A DNA stretch of 50,822 nucleotides from contig JANWZJ010000005.1 of the NCBI GenBank assembly GCA_025054525.1, positions 2,458 to 53,279 of the forward strand. Direction: 5' to 3'. Shown here piece by piece: positions 10,270-19,334 of the stretch. This DNA comes from Bacteroidia bacterium. GTDB lineage: Bacteria > Bacteroidota > Bacteroidia > SpSt-205. Position 1 is the stretch's first letter; each line of letters begins with the position of its first letter. The notes under the pieces are model-generated. The model had not been told where the DNA came from. It searched no databases and saw nothing but the letters and a program-made list of their open reading frames with translations. A program made the position numbers and the translations under genes.

Positions 10270-11979
10270 TTAGGAGGAAATCCAGCGAAGGATTTCAGCT
10301 TTCTGCTCGGGGTCTAACGGAGCAGGCGCATTAAGCATAAGGTCTGACCCACTGGCGGTCTTTGGAAAGGCAATTACATCGCGAAGGCTACTTCCCCCCG
10401 CCAATAGCATAATCCATCGGTCTATGCCGAAAGCACAGCCCCCGTGGGGAGGTGCCCCCCGCCCCAGCGCTTCCAGTAAAAACCCGAACTTGTCCTGCGC
10501 TTCCTCCTCAGAAAAGCCCAAGAGTCGAAAAATACGCATTTGGAGTTCAGGGGCGTGGCAGCGCAAGCTACCACTCATAATCTCATACCCATTTATCACC
10601 AGATCATAGCATAGTCCTCGCACTTTGAGGGGGGCTTGCTCTAAATACTCTAAGTCTTCTGGATGCGGATGGACAAAGGGATGATGGGCGGGAGCGAGCT
10701 TACCTTGTTCATCTTGCTCAAAGAGCGGAAAGTCTATGATCCATGCCAGCGCCCAAGGACGTTCGGGCTTGAGCCCCAAATCCTGAATCACCGCACTGCG
10801 CAGAGCCCCTAAACCTGCATGCGGTAGATTTTCGCCAGCCGCCCAGAGCCATAGTCCTTCTGCTTCCGGAGGTAGCGACTGAGCAGTGAAAAACTTTTGC
10901 AACGAAGTGCTAATCTTCTCTCCTTCCTTTTGGGCTATGCTAAGGGAGGGGATGCCATGACTTTTGGCTACCTCTTGCCATTTCTCTTGAAGTTTGCGGG
11001 AGGCTTTAGCCTGAGCCAAATGGAGCTGGAAGACGCGACGACCTTTCCAAAAAGGCACTTCTGTCTGGCTCGCCCACTCACTCACCTCCTCCCAAGCCAA
11101 GCCATAGCGCAAGTCTGGTTTGTCCGAGCCATACCGGCTCATCGCCTCTGCATACGTAAGTGTCGGTATCTCGCCTATCTCTACGCCGATAAGTTCTTGA
11201 AAGACAGCCTGCACTAAGCCCGTAAAGATGCTTAGCACTTCGGATTGCGAGACAAAACTAAGTTCGCAGTCCAACTGGGTGAATTCGGCTTGACGGTCAC
11301 CCCGATAATCCTCATCCCGGAAGCAGCGGGCGATTTGAAAGTAGCGGTCTATGCCCGCAATCATCAGAAGCTGCTTGAGGAGCTGGGGGGATTGAGGCAG
11401 GGCGTAGAAGCTGCCTGGCTTGAGCCGAGAAGGCACTAAAAAGTCGCGAGCCCCTTCGGGGGTAGAGCGAATCAGCATGGGCGTCTCTACTTCCAGAAAG
11501 CCATTTTCTCGTAGATACCGCCGCACTACCTCTAAGAACTGGGCTCTGAGTTCTAACCGCCGCTGCATGATAGGACGCCGCAAGTCTAAATACCGATACC
11601 GCAACCGAAGCTCTTCCAGTCCGTCCGTCTCATCCTCAATCAAAAAAGGCGGTACTTCACTGCGATTGAGTAGAGTCAGGGTTTCTACCTCTATTTCTAT
11701 TTCGCCCGTGGGGAGGTTGGGATTAGGGCTTTCTCGGCGGCGAACAGTACCTTCTGCTTGGATGACCCATTCTCTGCCTAAGGTGCGTAGCACTTCATAC
11801 ATAGGACTGCTTTTAGGCGCATAGAGCTGGACAATACCGCTTCTGTCCCGCAAATCCAAAAAAACAAACTGCCCCATGTCCCGCACCCTTCGCACCCATC
11901 CAGCGACTTTGACTTCACATCCTATGTGGTCTGGGCGCAAGTCCCCACATCCGTGCGTGCGATACGAGGTTCCTTTCAC
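10270..11979 (-). CDS. aspS: Aspartate--tRNA ligase
   Basis: YRTHGCG, FLDLRD, RYRYLDLRR, PEGARDF, YALPQSPQ, RCFRDED, GAPPHGG. Confidence 0.98.
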   Translation of the reverse strand: MKGTSYRTHGCGDLRPDHIGCEVKVAGWVRRVRDMGQFVFLDLRDRSGIVQLYAPKSSPMYEVLRTLGREWVIQAEGTVRRRESPNPNLPTGEIEIEVETLTLLNRSEVPPFLIEDETDGLEELRLRYRYLDLRRPIMQRRLELRAQFLEVVRRYLRENGFLEVETPMLIRSTPEGARDFLVPSRLKPGSFYALPQSPQLLKQLLMIAGIDRYFQIARCFRDEDYRGDRQAEFTQLDCELSFVSQSEVLSIFTGLVQAVFQELIGVEIGEIPTLTYAEAMSRYGSDKPDLRYGLAWEEVSEWASQTEVPFWKGRRVFQLHLAQAKASRKLQEKWQEVAKSHGIPSLSIAQKEGEKISTSLQKFFTAQSLPPEAEGLWLWAAGENLPHAGLGALRSAVIQDLGLKPERPWALAWIIDFPLFEQDEQGKLAPAHHPFVHPHPEDLEYLEQAPLKVRGLCYDLVINGYEIMSGSLRCHAPELQMRIFRLLGFSEEEAQDKFGFLLEALGRGAPPHGGCAFGIDRWIMLLAGGSSLRDVIAFPKTASGSDLMLNAPAPLDPEQKAEILRWISS

Positions 11980-11984
11980 AGCCG

Positions 11985-11992
11985 CAAAGTAA
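11985..11992 (-). promoter_or_regulatory. -7 promoter element variant (aspS)
   Basis: TTACTTTG (1 mismatch), 5 nt before GTG. Confidence 0.6.
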
Positions 11993-12006
11993 AATCAACG
12001 ACCTAA

Positions 12007-12789
12007 CTAAGTCGGAAAAATGCCATAAATACTGCTTCCACTTCCATTCATGCTGGCATAAGCAGCACCTTCTTCATAGAGCGCCTGCTTCAGCATGAGA
12101 AGGTATGGATAGATTTGAAAGCTCACCTGCTCTAAGTCATTATGGAGTTCCTCACGCCAAGCGTTTATTCCTTGGCGCAGGATAGGTTCTATGGGTTTGC
12201 GGCTCCACTGGGAGGAACGCAGCGCTCTATAGATATGCTTCGTAGAGCAGGGCAAAGGCGGTGTAAGCATGACCACTTCATATCCCTCCAAAGAAAAAGG
12301 GTAGGGTGTGAGTTCGGTGCCGGTACCCTTAGCCAGCATGGGCACCCCATGTAGGAAAAAAGGCACATCACTCCCCACCTCAGCTGCCACCTGATGCAGA
12401 AGCTCCGAAGTAGGCTCTAACTCCAACATAGGAGCGAGTAGCTTGAGAAGCATGGCACTATTACTGGAGCCGCCGCCCAATCCTGCACTCACGGGGATTC
12501 GTTTATGCAGATACACCTCTATGGCGGGCAGGGGCTTCTTCCAGTGCTGTCGCAAAATACGATAGGTGGTCTCTAAGTAGTTCTCCTCATTCTCAGGTAT
12601 CTCCAAGCCGCTAAGATGAAGTTCTATTCTGTCTTTACCTGGCAGGACATTGACTTCTATGTCATCATACAGATAGGGGTATGGCACGAGAAGCGTCTCC
12701 AGAATATGGTATCCGTCCGGCCACCGTCCCAAGATATGGAGACCTATGTTGAGTTTGGCGAAGCTGGCGGCATAAAGACGAGGGCTCAT
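12007..12789 (-). CDS. ispE: 4-diphosphocytidyl-2-C-methyl-D-erythritol kinase
   Basis: AKLNIGLHI, DGYH, KRIPVSAGLGGGSSN, GSDVPFF, GSGSS. Confidence 0.95.
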   Translation of the reverse strand: MSPRLYAASFAKLNIGLHILGRWPDGYHILETLLVPYPYLYDDIEVNVLPGKDRIELHLSGLEIPENEENYLETTYRILRQHWKKPLPAIEVYLHKRIPVSAGLGGGSSNSAMLLKLLAPMLELEPTSELLHQVAAEVGSDVPFFLHGVPMLAKGTGTELTPYPFSLEGYEVVMLTPPLPCSTKHIYRALRSSQWSRKPIEPILRQGINAWREELHNDLEQVSFQIYPYLLMLKQALYEEGAAYASMNGSGSSIYGIFPT

Positions 12790-13691
12790 GGCATGCGCTG
12801 TCGTTTGAGCAGGTAGCGACGCAAAGGTTCAAAAAAACCCCCACGAATATCCACCTCTACCCAATCTATTTGGTACTGGTAGCAGAAATGCTTCAAGCGA
12901 CGTTGCCAGTGGTAGAAGTATTCTATATAGAGGGCTTGTAGTTCTAAGGGTTGGACTTTGACTTGGCGGCGCGTCTCTGCATCTATGAGTCGCAGGGGTT
13001 CTAAGGGTAGTTGGAAAAGGGCTTCGGTGGCTTCATCCCATATGCGTAGGAAGAGAACCTCATGTCCGCGCAGCCGTAGGGCAGCTAAAGCCCGTTGAAA
13101 TGCTTCTTCTTGGTCGGGTTCTACGAACCCATCACTGAGCAGAAGGAGCAGGCTGCGGCGTTTGAGCCGTTCGGCAATCCGATGAAGTACATCGGGTAGC
13201 AAGGTGCGCAAGGGCTGCGAAGGGGCATTCCGATATTCCTCTAAAGCTACAAAAATCTTAGGTAGCCAGCTCTGCCGAGCCCGAGCTGGCAGATACATGC
13301 TTATATCTTCTGCAAAGGCATACAGCCCTACTCCATCTTTTTGTTGTATCATCAGATAAGCCAGCGCCGCCGCTAAAAAAACTCCATAATCCAGCTTCGT
13401 ATAGCTGCGGGAACGAGGATACCGCATAGAACCACTTATATCCAGCAGAAGGTAGGCCCGTAAGTTTGTCTCCTCTTCATAGCGCCTGACGTAGAGCCGC
13501 TCCGTCCGAGCAAACACTTTCCAATCTACTTTCTCTAAACCATCGCCCGCTTGATAAGGATAATACTCGGAAAACTCTACGGAGAACCCTTGATAAGGAC
13601 TTCGGTGCAAACCGACTAAGAAACCCTCCACAATAGCCCGTGCAATAAGCTCTAAATGACGAAGCTGCTGAACCTGTTCGGGGCTTATCAT
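12786..13691 (-). CDS. DUF58 / vWA-like protein (MoxR-associated family)
   Basis: GLHRSPYQGFSVEFSEY, VDWKVFART, YEEETN, LDISGSM. Confidence 0.92.
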   Translation of the reverse strand: MISPEQVQQLRHLELIARAIVEGFLVGLHRSPYQGFSVEFSEYYPYQAGDGLEKVDWKVFARTERLYVRRYEEETNLRAYLLLDISGSMRYPRSRSYTKLDYGVFLAAALAYLMIQQKDGVGLYAFAEDISMYLPARARQSWLPKIFVALEEYRNAPSQPLRTLLPDVLHRIAERLKRRSLLLLLSDGFVEPDQEEAFQRALAALRLRGHEVLFLRIWDEATEALFQLPLEPLRLIDAETRRQVKVQPLELQALYIEYFYHWQRRLKHFCYQYQIDWVEVDIRGGFFEPLRRYLLKRQRMP

Positions 13692-14323
13692 AAATCCTCT
13701 TCCTCTATATCCTCTATCTCTACTTCCTCTATGCCCATGTCTAACTCCGTGTCTTCTATCAAAGTCTCGGAAGCAACATCGCTCTCCTGCTCTATGGATT
13801 TGTCTAAGTCTTTGTCTTTCTCTGTGCCTATCAGCCTATCTAATGAGACTTCGGGAACATTTTCTTCTGTGATAGAAGGCACTGCTGTAGACGATGGGGT
13901 TTGGGTTCGGATGGTAGTGCGTGCTTGTGCTTGGACGGCTTCGGTAGAGGGCTGCTGCGGAGTAGTGATATAGACCTTGCTCCGAGCAAGAAGTAAGCGA
14001 GGCTGCCTCGGAGGCGTTACAAACACAAAATATACCCCTGTTTCCCGAAAAGATATACGCGCCCGGTAGGATGGATTCTGACCTTTGGCACGAGGCATAA
14101 GATAAACGCCCTGCAGTTTATCTACTTTGCGTACGATGATCCAAAGGGTATCCCATTCTTGAGGTTGTTTGGGGCGATATTCAGACCATACAGGAAGGGG
14201 CACGCGTACCATCCGAAAAGCTGTATCTATACCAGTCAGCTTTCCTTCTGCTGAGATTTGAGTGCCAAAGTGCAAGCTCTTTTGAGCCAAAAGGAGAGAG
14301 AGGAATAAGCCCAACCCTCGCAT
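13688..14323 (-). CDS. Exported hypothetical protein with acidic C-terminal tail
   Basis: Short signal peptide MRGLGLFLSLLLA|Q; coupled to both neighbours. Confidence 0.75.
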   Translation of the reverse strand: MRGLGLFLSLLLAQKSLHFGTQISAEGKLTGIDTAFRMVRVPLPVWSEYRPKQPQEWDTLWIIVRKVDKLQGVYLMPRAKGQNPSYRARISFRETGVYFVFVTPPRQPRLLLARSKVYITTPQQPSTEAVQAQARTTIRTQTPSSTAVPSITEENVPEVSLDRLIGTEKDKDLDKSIEQESDVASETLIEDTELDMGIEEVEIEDIEEEDL

Positions 14324-15118
14324 CTATCCAAAGTTAGCAGATGTACGGCGAAAAAGAAAATACAATCCGATTAGGATGAAGGGCAGACTCAGAAGTTGCC
14401 CCATATTTAGAGGGATTCCCAAGCTATAAGCCTCTTGCGGTTCTTTTACCCATTCGATGCCCCATCTCCAGCCAAAAACCCACACTAAAAATATGCCAAC
14501 CAACCACCCCGATGCATATCTGGTATGGACACCCCGACGATATAGCCCCAGAAGTAGCACAAAAAGGATAAGATATACGACGGCTTCATAAATCTGCGTA
14601 GGGTGTCGGGGATGCGGGTCTACCCGCTCAAATACAAATGCCCAGGGAACTGTGGTGATTTTGCCGTATATCTCGGAGTTGAAGAGGTTTCCCAAACGAA
14701 TTAAAGCAGCGGTGAGCGCAGTGGGGATAGTCAAACGGTCTATAAGCCAGAGAAAGGGCTGTTCTCTGCGCTTTCTGCTGTAGAGATACACCGCTAAAAG
14801 CACACCTAAGGTACCTCCATGACTGGCTAAGCCTCCTTCCCATACCTTGAGAATCTCTAAGGGATTCTCCCAGTAGTATTGGGGTTCATAGAAGAAACAG
14901 TGCCCCAAACGCGCCCCTACGACAGTTCCCACCAGCAGGTACCCCAGTAGCGTATCCAAATCCTTCTCTGGCTTATTCTCTTGACGATATATCCATCGCA
15001 TGATGTAGAACCCGATAAAGAAGCCTCCAGCAAAAAGAAGCCCATACCACCGAAGTTGGAGCGGTCCAAGGACAAGAATCTCAGGAGATACTCTCCAGTG
15101 GATATACGATTCTATCAT
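14324..15118 (-). CDS. lgt: Prolipoprotein diacylglyceryl transferase
   Basis: RWYGLLF, GARLGH, GGLASHGG, RLGNLFNSE, HPTQIYEA. Confidence 0.97.
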   Translation of the reverse strand: MIESYIHWRVSPEILVLGPLQLRWYGLLFAGGFFIGFYIMRWIYRQENKPEKDLDTLLGYLLVGTVVGARLGHCFFYEPQYYWENPLEILKVWEGGLASHGGTLGVLLAVYLYSRKRREQPFLWLIDRLTIPTALTAALIRLGNLFNSEIYGKITTVPWAFVFERVDPHPRHPTQIYEAVVYLILFVLLLGLYRRGVHTRYASGWLVGIFLVWVFGWRWGIEWVKEPQEAYSLGIPLNMGQLLSLPFILIGLYFLFRRTSANFG

Positions 15119-15948
15119 ATCTTTTGCAGAAAGGCTAAAATGTCCGCAAATACTTGCTGGCGGAAGGTTTCGTGGAGCGGCTCATGAAAGGAGTCGGGAT
15201 AGGACAAAGCCTGCTTATCAGGAGCGGGGATGCGCTCATAGAAGCGTTGAGCGGCGGATGTATCACAGATAGGGTCAGCCCCAGGGAGAATGAAGAGATA
15301 TCTTCCTTCAGCAAGCAGGGGGAGGTCTTTCCATGCTTCCTTTTGAGCGCGCTGGGTCGCAGAAAACCAGCCAGCAGTCGCCGTACGAAAAATCAGCGGG
15401 TCTTGCGCATAGGCTTGTACTTCTTTAGGATCATGAGAAAGCTGTTCGGGTTTGAGCCCTGAAGGAAGACTCAGCATAGGTAAGAGCCGCGCCGCTACTT
15501 CTCCCAGTGCTTTTTTCCATGTGGGGACCTCCAGCCGAAGCTGCAGAAGGGGCGCACTCACAATAAGCGCCTGCGACATCCATACCTCCTTATATTTCTG
15601 CCTATATCGCAGTACAATCAATCCCCCCAGTGAATGCCCAGCTAAGACTACTGGCTTATGAAGCTTACTCTTCCAGTGGGTCCATACCGCTGTCAAATCA
15701 TAAAGATACTCCTCCAAATCCGTAATATATCCGCGTCTACCCGTGGAGCGCCCATGCCCGCGCAAGTCCCAAATGAGATTAGCCCAGCCATGTTTTACCA
15801 GAAACTCCACGACCTCTTGATACCTTCCGCTGTGTTCAGCATAACCGTGTACCCAGAAAACTGTGCCTTTGGGCGAAGGGGCAGGATACCAAGCGGTATA
15901 TAGCCTTTCACCTTGGTGGCCGGTTACCGTGTGGGCATGAAACTCCAT
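15115..15948 (-). CDS. Alpha/beta hydrolase (lysophospholipase / monoacylglycerol lipase family)
   Basis: HGYAEHSGRY, DLRGHGRS, GHSLGG, HE. Confidence 0.92.
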   Translation of the reverse strand: MEFHAHTVTGHQGERLYTAWYPAPSPKGTVFWVHGYAEHSGRYQEVVEFLVKHGWANLIWDLRGHGRSTGRRGYITDLEEYLYDLTAVWTHWKSKLHKPVVLAGHSLGGLIVLRYRQKYKEVWMSQALIVSAPLLQLRLEVPTWKKALGEVAARLLPMLSLPSGLKPEQLSHDPKEVQAYAQDPLIFRTATAGWFSATQRAQKEAWKDLPLLAEGRYLFILPGADPICDTSAAQRFYERIPAPDKQALSYPDSFHEPLHETFRQQVFADILAFLQKI

Positions 15949-15952
15949 GAGG

Positions 15953-15960
15953 CAAAGGTA
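15953..15960 (-). promoter_or_regulatory. -7 promoter element (hydrolase-lgt-ispE operon)
   Basis: TACCTTTG, 4 nt before ATG. Confidence 0.8.
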
Positions 15961-15967
15961 GAATGCC

Positions 15968-17176
15968 TCACTCGTAGCGCAGCGCCTCTACGGGATTGAG
16001 CTTTGCGGCTTCGTTAGCAGGCTGGTACCCTGCGATAATCCCTACCGTTCCACTTAGTCCTACTGCCAGTGCCACCCATCGCCACGGCAGAATAAACTCC
16101 ATGCCTAAGAGTAGGGCTACGATGTTGCCCATGAGAACGCCAAGCCCAATTCCCCCTAATCCCCCTACTACTGCGATTACCACAGCTTCGGTGAGGAATT
16201 GTTTGCGTATAGCCCTGCGAGAAGCTCCTAATGCCATGCGCAGTCCAATCTCGTGAGTTCTTTCTTTCACAATAACCAGGAGGATATTTGTTAGGCTCAG
16301 CGTAGCCCCCAAGAGCGTCAGCAGGGTAATCCCTATGGTAGCCCACCGCACTATCCGAAGCTGCTCTAAAACAAACTCAGTGAGCTGTTCTGGCTGCAGG
16401 AAAGAAAAGTTATCGGTTTGGCGAGGCGATAATCGGCGTACGACACGCATTACCGAACGAGCTTTTTGGAGGGCGGCAGGCACCGCTTCTACGGAAGGAG
16501 CAGCTACATAGATTTGTACAATCGGCAACTCCGAGCGTCCTGTACCCCACGGCACAAAGCACTCCCAGTCTAAATTAATCCCTGCTAATCCTCCTCTTCG
16601 CTCTAAGGCGCCTATGACCTTATAGTATCTGCCTCCTATTTGCACCCATTTATTTATAGGCGAGGTGGTAGGGAAAAGTAGGCGGGCTACCTCTCCTCCC
16701 AGTACCACGACAGGAAGACGCCGCTCTTCTTCCGCCTGCGTAAAAAAGCGTCCGTGCGCCAGCTTCAAGCGAGCCGCCTTGACATAACTGGCATCTACAC
16801 TAAGCAGCCGCACGCGAGCCGGAGTATCTTTGCCTTGATAAACGGCTTTAGCCGATGCACTAACAAACTGCGAACGAGCCACATCGGCGCCGGGGAAAGC
16901 ATAAATGGCGTAGAAGCGATTCGCTTCCCACTTCTGGAGAGGTGCCCCCATTGAAAACATGCGGCCACGCCTGCCAATCCGAATCCCCACTTCACCTCCC
17001 GTAATCATAAAGGCATGGGGACTGAGTCCCCCGAAGGCTTCATTGAGATAGCCTCGCAGAGCTTCTAAGGCTGTAAGTACGCCCACCAGCGCTGTAATCC
17101 CAAAGGCTAATATGCTTAGCGTTAGGATAGCTCTTAGGCGATACTCCCATAGCGCCCGCAGCGCCTCAGCTATCAT
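15968..17176 (-). CDS. ABC transporter permease, MacB/FtsX family
   Basis: RAILTLSI, GRFF, VKERTHEIGLRMALGA, AAKLNPVEALRYE. Confidence 0.93.
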   Translation of the reverse strand: MIAEALRALWEYRLRAILTLSILAFGITALVGVLTALEALRGYLNEAFGGLSPHAFMITGGEVGIRIGRRGRMFSMGAPLQKWEANRFYAIYAFPGADVARSQFVSASAKAVYQGKDTPARVRLLSVDASYVKAARLKLAHGRFFTQAEEERRLPVVVLGGEVARLLFPTTSPINKWVQIGGRYYKVIGALERRGGLAGINLDWECFVPWGTGRSELPIVQIYVAAPSVEAVPAALQKARSVMRVVRRLSPRQTDNFSFLQPEQLTEFVLEQLRIVRWATIGITLLTLLGATLSLTNILLVIVKERTHEIGLRMALGASRRAIRKQFLTEAVVIAVVGGLGGIGLGVLMGNIVALLLGMEFILPWRWVALAVGLSGTVGIIAGYQPANEAAKLNPVEALRYE

Positions 17177-18441
17177 GCTGCAATATCACGCCGAAAGACC
17201 TTCTCTGGAAAATTTACTTGCTCCAACGCAGCGTAAGCCCGACTGCGGGCTTCGGCTCTATCCTTACCCAATCCTACAGCCGTATATACCCGCCCTCCCA
17301 AGGTAAATACTTGCCCCTCTTCGGAAACTTCTACACCTGCCCAGTAGATATAGGAGTCTCCTTGGAGGCGGCAGCCGCCTTCGCTAAGGGCAGGCATCGG
17401 AATAAAATGACCACTTGTACTGGCATCAGGGTATCCTGGCGTGGCAGCCACGACTGCCACTGCGCTCGTAGCATGCATGCGAACTTTCAGTTCGCTGAGC
17501 CGCTGAATTTTGTAGTAGAATAGGATTTCATCCAGAGTATTGTCTATGAGAGGCAGGATAATCTGAGCTTCGGGGTCGCCCAAGCGCACATTGTATTCCA
17601 ACACATAAGGCTCATCTCCCACCTTCATCAGCCCTAAATACAAAAAGCCATGATAAGGTATGCCCATTTGTTGGAGTCTTTCCAAAGTAGGGTCTATGAC
17701 CTTGCGCCGCACTTGGTCTATCCATTCGGGAGTGTCGGCAGGGGCATATCCCCCCATACCACCTGTATTGGGGCCTTGGTCGCCTTCACTAAGCCGTTTG
17801 TAATCGCGGGCACTGGGCAAAATAGTATATCCCTTTCCATCCGCCAAGAGAAAAATAGAGCGCTCTTCTCCTTGCAGAAACTGCTCTATGAGAATCGTAC
17901 TACCGGCACTACCGAACTTTTCACCGGAGAGGCAGCCCTTGGCAAATGCAATCGCTTCTTCTGGTGTCTGTGCTACGAGCACCCCTTTTCCTCCAGCTAA
18001 TCCGCTCGCTTTCACTACCACGGGATAAGAGACCTTACGCAAATGAGCTTCCGCCGCATCTACTTGGGTAGCATCAAAGATGACCGCTTCTGCCGTAGGG
18101 ATGCCTGCTTCGCGCAGAAAAGCCTTTGCGCGTGCTTTGCTTGCTTCTAAAAAGGTGAGCCTTTGCGAAGGGCCTATCACCGTAGCCAAATCGTGTAAAT
18201 CATCGTACATACCTCTGGCAAGCGGGACTTCTGGCCCGACGATTACATATTCTATCCTATGCTGCCGAATAAACTCTCTAAGCTCCCGAATCTGATTTTC
18301 CTGGATGAGTACTCGCTGGATGGGGGGCTGCATGCCGCCATTTCCCGGCGCCACATACACTTCTAATTTGCCTGAAAGCAAGGCTTTATGTGCAAGGGCA
18401 TGTTCTCTAGCCCCTCTACCAATAACTAAGAGTTTCCGCAC
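17173..18441 (-). CDS. purD: Phosphoribosylamine--glycine ligase
   Basis: GRGAREHALA, APGNGG, GPEVPL, KASGLAGGKGV, GPNTGGMG, EYNVRLGDPE. Confidence 0.97.
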   Translation of the reverse strand: MRKLLVIGRGAREHALAHKALLSGKLEVYVAPGNGGMQPPIQRVLIQENQIRELREFIRQHRIEYVIVGPEVPLARGMYDDLHDLATVIGPSQRLTFLEASKARAKAFLREAGIPTAEAVIFDATQVDAAEAHLRKVSYPVVVKASGLAGGKGVLVAQTPEEAIAFAKGCLSGEKFGSAGSTILIEQFLQGEERSIFLLADGKGYTILPSARDYKRLSEGDQGPNTGGMGGYAPADTPEWIDQVRRKVIDPTLERLQQMGIPYHGFLYLGLMKVGDEPYVLEYNVRLGDPEAQIILPLIDNTLDEILFYYKIQRLSELKVRMHATSAVAVVAATPGYPDASTSGHFIPMPALSEGGCRLQGDSYIYWAGVEVSEEGQVFTLGGRVYTAVGLGKDRAEARSRAYAALEQVNFPEKVFRRDIAA

Positions 18442-18445
18442 TCTA

Positions 18446-18453
18446 CAAAGTTA
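18446..18453 (-). promoter_or_regulatory. -7 promoter element (purD)
   Basis: TAACTTTG, 4 nt before GTG. Confidence 0.8.
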
Positions 18454-18500
18454 TCAGTCCTATTAGGACTTCGCTCAGAAGGATTGGGGATAGTCAGAGG

Positions 18501-18551
18501 AAAAAAGAAAACCCCCGGGGACTCAACCCGCAGGGAATCAACCCGGGGGCC
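18501..18551 (-). terminator. Intrinsic terminator-like hairpin with U-tract
   Basis: GGCCCCCGGG / CCCGGGGGUU stem with a 22-nt interior, then UUCUUUUUU. Confidence 0.7.
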
Positions 18552-18565
18552 TCTCTGCTGGGGTT
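18501..18565 (-). ncRNA. Candidate ~65-nt structured RNA (sRNA or attenuator), family not recognised
   Basis: Own perfect promoter box, GC-rich fold, U-tract, no start codon after the box. Confidence 0.55.
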
Positions 18566-18569
18566 AAGT

Positions 18570-18577
18570 CAAAGGTA
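18570..18577 (-). promoter_or_regulatory. -7 promoter element (candidate ncRNA)
   Basis: TACCTTTG, 4 nt before an A at 18565. Confidence 0.7.
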
Positions 18578-18683
18578 CAACGTTTTTTAGAAATCGCAAT
18601 GCATTTCTGGTTTCCGCTGGCTCAGTGGTACGCGGAGAAAGCCAAGTGGTTAAGAGACTATACTAAACTGCTGTTTCCGCAGC

Positions 18684-19334
18684 CTAAGGTGCTAAGCGGT
18701 ACTTTTCCCAGAGCCCTTCTTTCGTTTCCTCATACACGATGCGGTCATGCAGTCTCCCAGGGCGTCCTTGCCAAAATTCTACCTTAGCTATCCGAACTTG
18801 GTATCCCCCCCAATGCTCAGGACGGGGTATGGGATTGATATGGAAGTAGCGGAGGTAGTTTTCCCACAGGGCTTCTAATTCTCGGCGTGTGATGCGTTGG
18901 CTTTGGGGAGAAGCCCACGCACTGAGTCGGCTCTCATGCGGGCGAGACGCAAAATACTCATCCGCTAACTGGGCAGGTGCCTTTTCAGCGATGCCTTCCA
19001 TGCGTACCTGACGCTCCAGTACATCCCACCAAAACGTAGCGGCTACCCGCGGATTATGCGCTATCTCCAATCCTTTGGCGCTCTGGTAGTTCGTATAAAA
19101 GTAAATATAAGGAGGATTGAAGCCCTTCAACAGAACGACCCGAGCATGCGGCCGCCCCGCCGCATCCACGGTAGAGAGCACAAAAGCATTCGGTTCTAAA
19201 ATTTGAGCTTTGATGGCTTGCTGCAACCATTCCTTGAAGAGAGAGAACGGCTCGGAAGGCGTATTGCTCTCATCCAGCAACTGCCCTTGATATGCCCTAC
19301 GCAGCGAAGCCAGTTCTAAATCTCCCATATCCAC
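18684..19334 (-). CDS. pdxH: Pyridoxamine 5'-phosphate oxidase
   Basis: RVVLLK, FYTNYQSAKG, RQVRMEG, YFASRP, EFWQGRPGRLHDR, RLAP. Confidence 0.97.
   Translation of the reverse strand: MDMGDLELASLRRAYQGQLLDESNTPSEPFSLFKEWLQQAIKAQILEPNAFVLSTVDAAGRPHARVVLLKGFNPPYIYFYTNYQSAKGLEIAHNPRVAATFWWDVLERQVRMEGIAEKAPAQLADEYFASRPHESRLSAWASPQSQRITRRELEALWENYLRYFHINPIPRPEHWGGYQVRIAKVEFWQGRPGRLHDRIVYEETKEGLWEKYRLAP

Noticed and set aside
18501-18565. SRP RNA or a known purine-pathway riboswitch as the identity of the candidate RNA
   Set aside because: Lacks the SRP GGAA-loop helix and the consensus elements I recall for purine, ZTP and PRPP aptamers; an Rfam search is still needed.
18614-18655. tRNA D-loop-like strings GCTCAGTGGTA and GCCAAGTGGTTAAG on the plus strand
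   Set aside because: No cloverleaf, anticodon arm or same-strand T-arm; cannot be called a tRNA or remnant.
18599-18787. 62-aa ORF in the purD-pdxH gap
   Set aside because: Overlaps pdxH antisense, has no adjacent promoter box and no motif.
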